Source: Negativicutes bacterium (GTDB lineage Bacteria; Bacillota; Negativicutes; Sporomusales; JAOACF01). Taken from it: a stretch of 64,000 bases of DNA. Each line of letters begins with the position of its first letter. The stretch's first letter is position 1. The stretch spans positions 1,737 through 65,736 of the forward strand of contig JAOACF010000003.1 in NCBI GenBank assembly GCA_026417995.1, written 5' to 3'. The position numbers and the translations under genes were made by a program. Below the pieces are notes generated by a model. That model was not told the DNA's origin and did no database searches. It worked only from the letters and a program-made list of their open reading frames with translations. Below, one piece after another: positions 45,084-52,583 of this stretch.

Positions 45084-45787
45084 TGCTAAAAGTTGACAGC
45101 ATAAACGTATATTATGGCGGCATACATGCACTCAAAGGCGTCAGCCTCGAGGTTCGGGAAGGGGAGATTGTGACGCTGATTGGCGCTAACGGCGCCGGCA
45201 AAAGCACAACGCTGCGCACGATTTCCGGACTGATAAAGCCGAAAAACGGGCAAATTGAGTTTGAGGGCAAGAATATTACCGGGGTTCCCGCTCATCACAT
45301 TGTGTCGCTGGGCATCTCGCAAGTGCCTGAAGGGCGCCGGGTTTTTGCCAACATGTCGGTGCTGGAAAACTTGGAATTGGGCGCCTACCTTCGCCAAGAC
45401 GCCAAAGGCGTTGAGGCGGATATGGCGCAGGTTTTTGAGCGTTTCCCGCGCCTGGCTGAGCGGAAATCCCAGCTTGCCGGCACCTTGTCGGGCGGGGAGC
45501 AGCAAATGCTGGCGATGGGGCGCGCGCTCATGAGCCGGCCGCGCCTCCTGCTCTTGGATGAGCCGTCCATGGGTTTGGCACCTCTTTTGGTAAAAGAGAT
45601 TTTTGCGATTATCAAGGACATCAACGCCGGCGGTACGACCATTCTCTTGGTTGAACAGAATGCCAACATGGCGCTCTCGATCGCCGATACCGCCTATGTG
45701 CTCGAAACCGGACGGATTACCTTGTCAGGAACGGCAAAAGAACTGAGCCAGAGCGAGGCAATCCGCAAAGCATATCTCGGGGGCTAA
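45083..45787 (+). CDS. livF: Branched-chain amino acid ABC transporter ATP-binding protein LivF
   Basis: GANGAGKSTT, LSGGEQQMLAMGRAL. Confidence 0.92.
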   Translation: MLKVDSINVYYGGIHALKGVSLEVREGEIVTLIGANGAGKSTTLRTISGLIKPKNGQIEFEGKNITGVPAHHIVSLGISQVPEGRRVFANMSVLENLELGAYLRQDAKGVEADMAQVFERFPRLAERKSQLAGTLSGGEQQMLAMGRALMSRPRLLLLDEPSMGLAPLLVKEIFAIIKDINAGGTTILLVEQNANMALSIADTAYVLETGRITLSGTAKELSQSEAIRKAYLGG

Positions 45788-45811
45788 TTTTTCCGGTGAC
45801 TGAAAGGAGAG

Positions 45812-46465
45812 ATGGATATGTTTGTGGCTAAACGTATGACCGCCAACCCTACGACAATCCACCCCAATACTACGATTGCCGACGCTTCGGAAATCATGCG
45901 CACGAAAAAATTTCGCCGCCTGCCGGTCGTCGACGATAGCGGAAAACTCTTAGGCATCGTAACCGACCGGGACTTGCGGGAGGTTTCCCCGTCGCCGGCG
46001 ACGACGCTGTCGATCTTTGAGCTCAACTATTTGCTGGCCAAAATGCAGGTGAAAGACATTATGAAAAGAAATGTCGTCACCATCGGCACGGACGCCACCA
46101 TTGAAGAAGCGGCCCTCCTGATGTACAATCACAAAATCGGCGGCCTGGTTGTCGTGGGTCAGGACGGCCGTGTCGCCGGGATTATTACCGAAACGGACAT
46201 TTTTAAATGCTTTGTTGACGTCATGGGGCTGACGGAAGGCAAAACGCGCCTCACGCTGGTGGTGCCTGACCATGTCGGCGTACTGCACGATATTACCGGC
46301 GTATTCAAAAAGCACGGCGTAAGCATAGGTAGCCTGGCGCTTCACCCCGGCGGCGACGGGGAAAAGGAGCTGGTCATCCGGGCTGATATCGCCGACGCGA
46401 AAGCACTGCTGCGCGACCTTGCGGCCGCAGGGTATCCGGTGCAGCACAGCGTGCAGATTGGGTAA
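45812..46465 (+). CDS. CBS-pair plus ACT domain protein (AcuB-like)
   Basis: Two CBS motifs (RRLPVVDDSGKLLGIVTDRDL; IGGLVVVGQDGRVAGIITETDI) followed by an ACT-like C-terminus. 24 nt after livF. Confidence 0.75.
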   Translation: MDMFVAKRMTANPTTIHPNTTIADASEIMRTKKFRRLPVVDDSGKLLGIVTDRDLREVSPSPATTLSIFELNYLLAKMQVKDIMKRNVVTIGTDATIEEAALLMYNHKIGGLVVVGQDGRVAGIITETDIFKCFVDVMGLTEGKTRLTLVVPDHVGVLHDITGVFKKHGVSIGSLALHPGGDGEKELVIRADIADAKALLRDLAAAGYPVQHSVQIG

Positions 46466-46480
46466 AAGAAGCCGGAATAT

Positions 46481-46509
46481 TTGACTTTTCGTTGTTGGCT
46501 GCATATAAT
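46481..46509 (+). promoter_or_regulatory. sigmaA promoter of the CDF transporter gene
   Basis: TTGACT, 17 nt spacer, TATAAT. Confidence 0.65.
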
Positions 46510-46514
46510 AATTT

Positions 46515-46604
46515 AAGGTCAGGCATAAAGCAAACGTGCCGGGCAATAGCAGCAGGAAGACCTGCGGGACCTTTCGGGGCGCCGCAGGTCTTAATTTTCT
46601 TCTT
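46515..46604 (+). promoter_or_regulatory. Structured 5' leader with intrinsic terminator (unclassified riboswitch/attenuator candidate)
   Basis: Three-way fold AAGGTC/GACCTT, GGCA/TGCC, GCAGG-AAGA-CCTGC. It is mutually exclusive with the terminator AAGACCTGCGG(46557-46567)/CCGCAGGTCTT(46582-46592) plus AATTTTCTTCTT. Confidence 0.45.
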
Positions 46605-46618
46605 GGGGGGTAGCAATT

Positions 46619-47515
46619 TTGGAAGCGCAGGCAAAGCTGAAACAGCGAGCAGCCGCTTTATCGGTACTGGCCAGCAGTATGCTGGTTATTGCCAAGCTGG
46701 CTGTCGGCGCTTTAACCGGCTCGGTCAGCATCATATCGGAAGCGGCTCATTCGGGGGTTGACCTGATGGCTGCGATTATCGCCTGGGTAGCCGTGCGACG
46801 CTCGGCGAAGCCGCCGGATCAAAGCCATGCCTACGGGCACGGCAAGATTGAGAATATCTCGGGCGCGGTGGAAGCGCTCTTAATCATCGGCGCGGCCTTG
46901 TGGATCATTTACGAAGCAGTAGAAAAACTGCTCCGCGGCGGAGAACTGCAGCATCTTGATTACGGCATCGCGGTCATGTGCCTTTCGGTAGCGGTCAACT
47001 ACTTTGTTTCGCGCCGTCTCATTCAGGTCGCCACGCTTACTGGCTCGCACGCGCTTGAAGCTGACGCGCTGCATCTTAGAACCGATATGTGGACATCGCT
47101 GGGCGTTATCGGCGGTTTGGCGGCGGTAAAATTAACCGGCCTGGTCTGGCTTGACCCGGCCATTGCCATCGCCGTTTCCTTCCTGATCTTCAAGGCGGGG
47201 TTTGAAATGACGCGCAAGAGCGTTTACGAGCTGATGGATGTCAGCCTGCCGCCGGAGGAGGAAGATTTAATCATCGAGATTATTCTTAGCCATCCAGCGG
47301 TCATTAACTGCCATGACCTGAGAACACGCCGTTCCGGCTCGCTCAGGATGATTGACGTTCATCTCATTCTGCACAAAGATATGCATCTCGACAAAGCGCA
47401 CGCGATATGCGACGCTATCGAAAAGTCGCTGTGCGAAAGACTTGGGCATTGCGATGTGGTGATTCACTTAGAGCCGTGCGGGTATCATGAGGAATTTGGC
47501 CAATGCCCATATTGA
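46619..47515 (+). CDS. Cation diffusion facilitator family metal exporter
   Basis: SEAAHSGVDLMA...HAYGHGKIENISG...HLRTDMWTS; TTG start. Confidence 0.88.
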   Translation: MEAQAKLKQRAAALSVLASSMLVIAKLAVGALTGSVSIISEAAHSGVDLMAAIIAWVAVRRSAKPPDQSHAYGHGKIENISGAVEALLIIGAALWIIYEAVEKLLRGGELQHLDYGIAVMCLSVAVNYFVSRRLIQVATLTGSHALEADALHLRTDMWTSLGVIGGLAAVKLTGLVWLDPAIAIAVSFLIFKAGFEMTRKSVYELMDVSLPPEEEDLIIEIILSHPAVINCHDLRTRRSGSLRMIDVHLILHKDMHLDKAHAICDAIEKSLCERLGHCDVVIHLEPCGYHEEFGQCPY

Positions 47516-47590
47516 GAAAGGCCTAATGATAATAGCCTCCTAGCGCTGTTCCCTAGCTATACTTGACTTTGAACGGCCCTTGAGCTTTTC

Positions 47591-47634
47591 GTAATAATAA
47601 AAGACGCCGCCCGGTTATTTCGGAGCGGCGTCTT
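47591..47634 (-). terminator. Intrinsic terminator of the GntR gene (5' arm inside the coding end)
   Basis: Minus strand: AAGACGCCGC...GCGGCGTCTT followed by TTATTATT. Confidence 0.7.
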
Positions 47635-48295
47635 GTTCATGTTGACAAATATTGGTGTAAGCGTTTTTTACATGTTCGGTAAGCGCTTTTTCAGCTGCGT
47701 CCGGATCTTTGGCGGCAAGCGCTTCCAAAATTGACCGGTGCTCGGCGATGGTATGAGGCAAGCGGTTTTTCATCCGCAGCGATTCCATGCGAGCAAGCTG
47801 CACATACTGGTGGAGATTGCTTAACGTCAGATTGAGTATTTTGCTGCCGGAAGCTTCGTAGATAAGCTGATGAAAGCGGTTGTCAAGCTCGGCGATTTCG
47901 TCGACATCGTTTCGTTGTGCATAAAATTCCATCAGGTCGAAGGTTTTTTGCAGTTCCTTGAGATCGGCCGGGGTAATGTGCTCCGCGGCCCAGCGGGCGG
48001 CTAGGCCTTCGACCAGTTGACGGATGGCGTAAATATCCTGAACGTCTTTCCGGGAGATGCCCAGGACGACAGCGCCTTTTTTGGTGGTGGTTTCAATTAG
48101 GCCCTCCACTTCCAGCAGCCGGATTGCTTCACGAATGGGAGTGCGGCTGACTCCGAGTTCGTCGGCCAGTTTCAACTCCAGCAGCGTTTCGCCGGGGCCA
48201 TATACGCCGTTTATAATCTGCGATTTGATATACTTGAAAACCTTATTACGCAGAGAAGCGTCGCTTGACGGGATAAAATCCTGATCCTTCGACAT
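47615..48295 (-). CDS. GntR family transcriptional regulator (FadR/FCD subfamily)
   Basis: Start trimmed to MSKDQDFIPS (SD AAGGAGGA). ELKLADELGVSRTPIREAIRLLEVEGLI wHTH. Confidence 0.88.
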   Translation of the reverse strand: MSKDQDFIPSSDASLRNKVFKYIKSQIINGVYGPGETLLELKLADELGVSRTPIREAIRLLEVEGLIETTTKKGAVVLGISRKDVQDIYAIRQLVEGLAARWAAEHITPADLKELQKTFDLMEFYAQRNDVDEIAELDNRFHQLIYEASGSKILNLTLSNLHQYVQLARMESLRMKNRLPHTIAEHRSILEALAAKDPDAAEKALTEHVKNAYTNICQHEQDAAPK

Positions 48296-48482
48296 TGGTG
48301 CATCCTCCTTTGGATTATGCTGACCATGTATTATTGTATTATAACTTGCAACGCAAAACAAGCCGTAGCAGCATTGCGAAGCGTAAAGTGCTTACAAATA
48401 TTTTACAAAAGTATATAGCGTTTTACTTTAGGCAATGCTATAATAAATACAAAAATACATGTATTAATGAGGGGTGGTATTC

Positions 48483-48590
48483 ATGGATACATTAATACAA
48501 TTTTTGCAGCGTAGTGGCCAGGACTGGGAAAAAATCTTGGAAGAGCAGCGATTACTCGAACTGGAGCAATCGCTTGCCGCCGAAGATTAA
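48483..48590 (+). CDS. Candidate 35-aa acidic small protein
   Basis: Own translation: MDTLIQFLQRSGQDWEKILEEQRLLELEQSLAAED. SD GAGGGGTGG, an extended -10 TGCTATAAT upstream, and a terminator downstream. Confidence 0.3.
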   Translation: MDTLIQFLQRSGQDWEKILEEQRLLELEQSLAAED

Positions 48591-48610
48591 GGCATAAAAG
48601 CATAAAAGTA

Positions 48611-48646
48611 AAAAAGCAGGAACGCTAGTTGTTCTTGCTTTTTTTG
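48611..48646. terminator. Bidirectional terminator
   Basis: A5-AGCAGGAAC-GCTAGTT-GTTCTTGCT-T8. Confidence 0.75.
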
Positions 48647-49257
48647 TTTATTGCGGCGCCTTTTTGGTAGTGCTTGCGTCGTATCCTCTCATTTTCCTGC
48701 GATCTTGGTACGGCAGGGCTGCCGGTTATATCGGTAATGATAGTCGGTGCGACTTCGCTGAGTAAGTCCTGTACATCCTCGCTTTCCGTGCCGTCCGGCT
48801 CGCCGGCCGGGGGCTTTGCAGTCTGCTGCGGGTAGCCGATACCGGGTGGCGGCGGCCCGAAGCAAGGACTCTCTTCACCGGCCGATGATAAAATTAGCCG
48901 CAGCAGTTCGATGAGCAAAATCTGTTCCGCCGTGCGCTGCGGGGTGTCGGCCGCATCGGAAGAATTAGCCGCATAACGGGCTAAATCAATTGGCGCGCAC
49001 ACCGTTCCCAAAAACCGACTGGCAAAAATTATCTTGCAACAGAGGAGTTCCAGCAACACGTCAATTAACGTGCCGGCGCGGTCGTAACGCAAAACCGCCC
49101 GCTGGAAAATTTCGGCAGGAACACGGGGAGTACGCTGAATTTCTTCCGCCGCTCCGACCAGCAGGCGGTAAGAACTCACTAAAGATGAGAAGTTCGGTAT
49201 TACTGCGTTTATATCCGCCAATATCACGTCAATAATAGGATTGTCATCCTGCGGCAT
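48625..49257 (-). CDS. Hypothetical protein, no recognisable domain; helical N-half, Pro/Gly/acidic linker, basic tail
   Basis: Start trimmed to MPQDDNPIIDV (SD GGGGGG). I recognise no family. Confidence 0.5.
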   Translation of the reverse strand: MPQDDNPIIDVILADINAVIPNFSSLVSSYRLLVGAAEEIQRTPRVPAEIFQRAVLRYDRAGTLIDVLLELLCCKIIFASRFLGTVCAPIDLARYAANSSDAADTPQRTAEQILLIELLRLILSSAGEESPCFGPPPPGIGYPQQTAKPPAGEPDGTESEDVQDLLSEVAPTIITDITGSPAVPRSQENERIRRKHYQKGAAINKKSKNN

Positions 49258-49405
49258 GGAACCCCCCCTTGCAGAACTACTGACAGTATATGCAGCGATA
49301 TGCGCGCGGGTCATTCGGCGGAAAAAAGGAATTTAGCGGCGAAAGTATAATAAGAATTAGATACGGAATAATGAATTTATCTATGATAGCGGGAGGGGAG
49401 ATGAC

Positions 49406-50434
49406 ATGGTAAAACTTACTGCCTATACCCAGCGCGGCGGCTGAGCGTCAAAGATAGGGCCGGGCGCCCTGGCGCACGTGCTGCGCCAATTGCCAAAACC
49501 TGCTGACCCCAATTTGCTTGTGGGCATAGATACCGTCGATGATGCGGGCGTGTACCGCATTCAGGATAACTTGGCCTTAATCCAAACAGTTGATTTTTTT
49601 ACGCCTATTGTCGATGATCCTTATACATTCGGCCAGATTGCCGCCGCTAACAGCTTAAGCGATGTCTATGCCATGGGCGGTAAGCCGCTAACGGCGATGA
49701 ACATCGTCGGGTTTCCCCTGGGTTGTCTTGCTGGCGAAGTGCTGCGAGATATTCTTAGGGGCGGCTATGATAAGGTTGCCGAGGCCGGCGCGGTGATCGT
49801 CGGCGGGCATACTGTCGAGGATCAGGAACCGAAGTATGGTCTAAGTGTAACCGGCATCGTTCACCCGGATGAAGTTTGGGCGAACGCGGGAGCGCGTCCC
49901 GGCGATGTATTGGTACTGGCCAAACCCTTGGGAACAGGCATCCTGGCGACGGCAGCCAAAGCCGACATGTACGCGGCAGGCTGGGCGGCAGCAATTAAAA
50001 GCATGAGTACGCTCAATAAAATGGCGGCAGAAGTATTCAGGCAATATGATGTGCATGCCTGTACCGATATTACCGGTTTTGGCCTCTTAGGCCATTTGTC
50101 GGAAATGGCCGGGGCCAGCCGGGTTAAGGTCCGAGTTCAAAGTTTAGCGCTGCCGCTCCTGCCGTATGCCGCTGAGGCCGCAGCCATGGGGCTGGTGCCC
50201 GGCGGCGCCTACGCCAACCGGGAGTATCTAGCGAAAGTCAGTTTTGCCGCTGCCGTGCCTGAGAATATCCGGGATATCTGCTATGATCCCCAAACCTCGG
50301 GAGGGCTCTTGGTCAGCCTGCCATCACAGCAAGGCAAGGCGGCGGTTGAGGCGCTCCGGGCAGCGGGAATAGAAGACGCTGCCGTAATCGGCGAAGTTAC
50401 AGCAACAGGCGAGGGGGAGATTTATGTCTACTGA
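49406..50434 (+). CDS. selD: Selenide, water dikinase SelD with in-frame UGA (selenocysteine) at codon 13
   Basis: Own translation from ATG 49406: MVKLTAYTQRGG-U-ASKIGPGALAHVLRQLPKP.... TGA at 49442-49444 sits where SelD has its catalytic Cys/Sec. The track only shows the part from 49478. Confidence 0.92.
49442..49487 (+). promoter_or_regulatory. Sec UGA plus candidate SECIS stem-loops
   Basis: AGGGC-CGGGC-GCCCT (49456-49470) and GGCGCA-CGTGC-TGCGCC (49471-49487), 14-45 nt downstream of the UGA. Confidence 0.5.
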
Positions 50435-51008
50435 AATTGATGCCCGCGGCTTGGCCTGCCCGCAGCCCGTCATTCAAGCGAAAAAAGCGCTTGACAGCAT
50501 CGAGCAGGGCAGCGTGACCGTGATTGTGGACAATGCCGTGGCCAAAGAAAATGTGGCGAAGCTGGCTAGGGCCAACCGGTGCGGCCTCAGTATTGAAGAA
50601 AAAGACGGCCACTTTTATCTGCGTCTGACGAAAGACAGCGGCCGGCAAACGCCGGACGGCATACCGGCGGCAAGGACTGTTTATCTGATCGCCAAGAATA
50701 CGCTGGGACATGGCAATGATGAATTAGGCGCCGTGTTAATGAAGTCGTTCTTTTTTACGTTGCAGGCAGGTGACAGCGTTCCCGCAGCGGTCATGTTTAT
50801 CAATGCGGGGGTTGAACTGGCCGTTGACAGTTCGCCCGTATTAGACCACCTCAAGGCGCTAAGCGCCAAAGGAACGGAGATCATGTCCTGCGGCACTTGC
50901 CTGGATTACTTTGGCCTCAAGGAGCGCCTGGCCATCGGCGAGATCAGCAATATGTACGATATTTTAGCGCGGCTTGAGGGCGCGGGGAAAGCGATTACGC
51001 TGTCATGA
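50424..51008 (+). CDS. yedF: Selenium metabolism protein YedF (TusA/SirA-like N-domain plus DsrE-like C-domain)
   Basis: IDARGLACPQPVIQAKKAL (CPxP motif). 11-nt overlap with selD. Confidence 0.85.
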   Translation: MSTEIDARGLACPQPVIQAKKALDSIEQGSVTVIVDNAVAKENVAKLARANRCGLSIEEKDGHFYLRLTKDSGRQTPDGIPAARTVYLIAKNTLGHGNDELGAVLMKSFFFTLQAGDSVPAAVMFINAGVELAVDSSPVLDHLKALSAKGTEIMSCGTCLDYFGLKERLAIGEISNMYDILARLEGAGKAITLS

Positions 51009-51277
51009 CAAGACAGTATGACCGGCTGCTTTCGTTTGTATCGGTGCACCACGCTATCCGAGCGGAGAAACTGTTAGCCGGGGAAGGAATAAAGGTCATG
51101 CCACTGCCAACGCCCCGCGAGATTGCCATAAGCTGCGGGCAGTGCCTATTGCTTCGCTCGGGAGAAGAGGCAAGGGCGCTTGCCGTTTTGAAGACCGCCG
51201 GCGTTGAGTGGTCAAAGCTCTACAGCCGAGATGAAACAGGCCGCGCTTACGAAAAACTGGCCGAATACGAGGGATAG
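51005..51277 (+). CDS. DUF3343 protein (putative Se/S carrier)
   Basis: 90 aa, LLSFVSVHHAIRAEKLL...PTPREIAISCGQCL. ATGA overlap with yedF. Confidence 0.8.
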   Translation: MTRQYDRLLSFVSVHHAIRAEKLLAGEGIKVMPLPTPREIAISCGQCLLLRSGEEARALAVLKTAGVEWSKLYSRDETGRAYEKLAEYEG

Positions 51278-51279
51278 CC

Positions 51280-52098
51280 ATGCAGGAATTTTTGTCATCT
51301 GAGTTTTGGCTTTATGCCGCCAACAAGCTGCTCAGAATAGTTGCCATCAGTATTGGCGCCATGACTGTGCTGCGTTTTTTCGGGCCTGTCATCGACCGTT
51401 TTTTTCAGGCGCAGACCGGCAGCAAGAAGTTTTATCTGGAAGAAAAGCGGGCGCGGACGCTCAGCAGCCTTTTTAAAAGCGTTATCCGTTATACGGTGTA
51501 TTTTATCACGCTGGTGCTGGTGCTGCAGGAATTTAAGATCGACACAACCTCGCTAATTGCCGGCGCCGGCATCGTCGGCCTGGCAATCGGCGTGGGGGCG
51601 CAAAGCCTGGTTAAAGACGTAATCACCGGCTTTTTTGTCATTCTTGAGGATCAGTACTCGGTAGGGGACTATATCGTTATTGACAGTATGGCCGGGCATG
51701 TGGAGGATATTGGCTTTCGCGTGACGGTGCTGCGCGATGCGAACGGCGTGCGGCATATCATTCCCAATGGCGCGATCGGCAAAGTCAGCAATTATACCCG
51801 CGGGCACATGCAGGCGGTTATCAATATACCGGTAGCCTATGAAGCAGATATCGGCAAAGTGCTGCAAATATTGGAAGAAATTTGCGCCGGTGCGGCGGAT
51901 ATGCCTGAAGTGCTGGAGCGGCCCAAAGTAATCGGCGTGGTCGACTTTCGCACTGCCGAAATTATTGTCCGCATTGCAGCGAAAACGGTGCCGCTGGAGC
52001 AGGTAAAAGTTGAGACGGCGATCCGCCGCAGAATAAAGGAACGCTTTGACGCCGAACACATTCCGCCACCGGCCGCATTCGTTCGTCCCGGCGCATAA
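51280..52098 (+). CDS. MscS-family mechanosensitive channel
   Basis: GAGIVGLAIGVGAQSLVKDVITGFFVILEDQYSVGDYI. Confidence 0.85.
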   Translation: MQEFLSSEFWLYAANKLLRIVAISIGAMTVLRFFGPVIDRFFQAQTGSKKFYLEEKRARTLSSLFKSVIRYTVYFITLVLVLQEFKIDTTSLIAGAGIVGLAIGVGAQSLVKDVITGFFVILEDQYSVGDYIVIDSMAGHVEDIGFRVTVLRDANGVRHIIPNGAIGKVSNYTRGHMQAVINIPVAYEADIGKVLQILEEICAGAADMPEVLERPKVIGVVDFRTAEIIVRIAAKTVPLEQVKVETAIRRRIKERFDAEHIPPPAAFVRPGA

Positions 52099-52110
52099 GG
52101 GGGAGAGAGA

Positions 52111-52320
52111 TTGGTGATTGTTCGCTACCAAATTGGCGATATTGTAAGGATGAAGAAAGAGCACCCCTGTGGCTCTGACCAGTGGGAGATCACGCGGACG
52201 GGGATTGATTTCGGCCTCAAATGCCTCGGGTGCGGGCGGCGGGTTATGGTTCCCCGACCGAAGTTTGAAAAAGCGGTGAAAACAATCGTCAAACGCGCCG
52301 AACCCCAACCGCCTGCCTGA
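52111..52320 (+). CDS. DUF951 small protein
   Basis: YQIGDIVRMKKEHPCGSDQWEITRTGIDFGLKCLGCGRRVMVPR. Confidence 0.75.
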   Translation: MVIVRYQIGDIVRMKKEHPCGSDQWEITRTGIDFGLKCLGCGRRVMVPRPKFEKAVKTIVKRAEPQPPA

Positions 52321-52379
52321 CAACGGCATTTGGCTAAAAATTCGCCGTACCGCCATCGGGCAGACCTCCGGGCAGCCTC

Positions 52380-52408
52380 TTGACTGTGTCCGCTACAGCC
52401 GGTATAAT
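52380..52408 (+). promoter_or_regulatory. sigmaA promoter of pflBA
   Basis: TTGACT, 17 nt spacer, TATAAT. Confidence 0.65.
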
Positions 52409-52427
52409 AACGCTATAGTAAAAATCG

Positions 52428-52527
52428 CAATACAGGACTGGCGGATCAGTGGAGTTAACCACGTGGACTGTATTGTTGGAAAGCCGACCGCCTGGGCGCA
52501 TTTTGAATTTTGCCCAGGCGGTTTTTA
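52428..52527 (+). promoter_or_regulatory. ZTP riboswitch (pfl motif) with terminator
   Basis: P1 CAATACAG/CTGTATTG (8 bp). GACTGGCGG. P2 GTGG-AGTTAA-CCAC. P3 TTGG-AAAG-CCGA. Conserved CCGCCTGGGC (52488-52497), whose CCGCC pairs with GGCGG (pseudoknot). Terminator GACCGCCTGGGC/GCCCAGGCGGT plus T5. Confidence 0.85.
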
Positions 52528-52583
52528 TTTTGCGGCGGCAGCGGCACAACCTCCTGGGAAGTAAAAATACCGGAGGGTGGAAA

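Noticed and set aside
52449-52583. 45-codon N-terminal extension of pflB in the track.
   Set aside because: It covers the ZTP riboswitch and terminator. Canonical PFL N-terminus MNEWYGF starts at 52584 with a strong SD.
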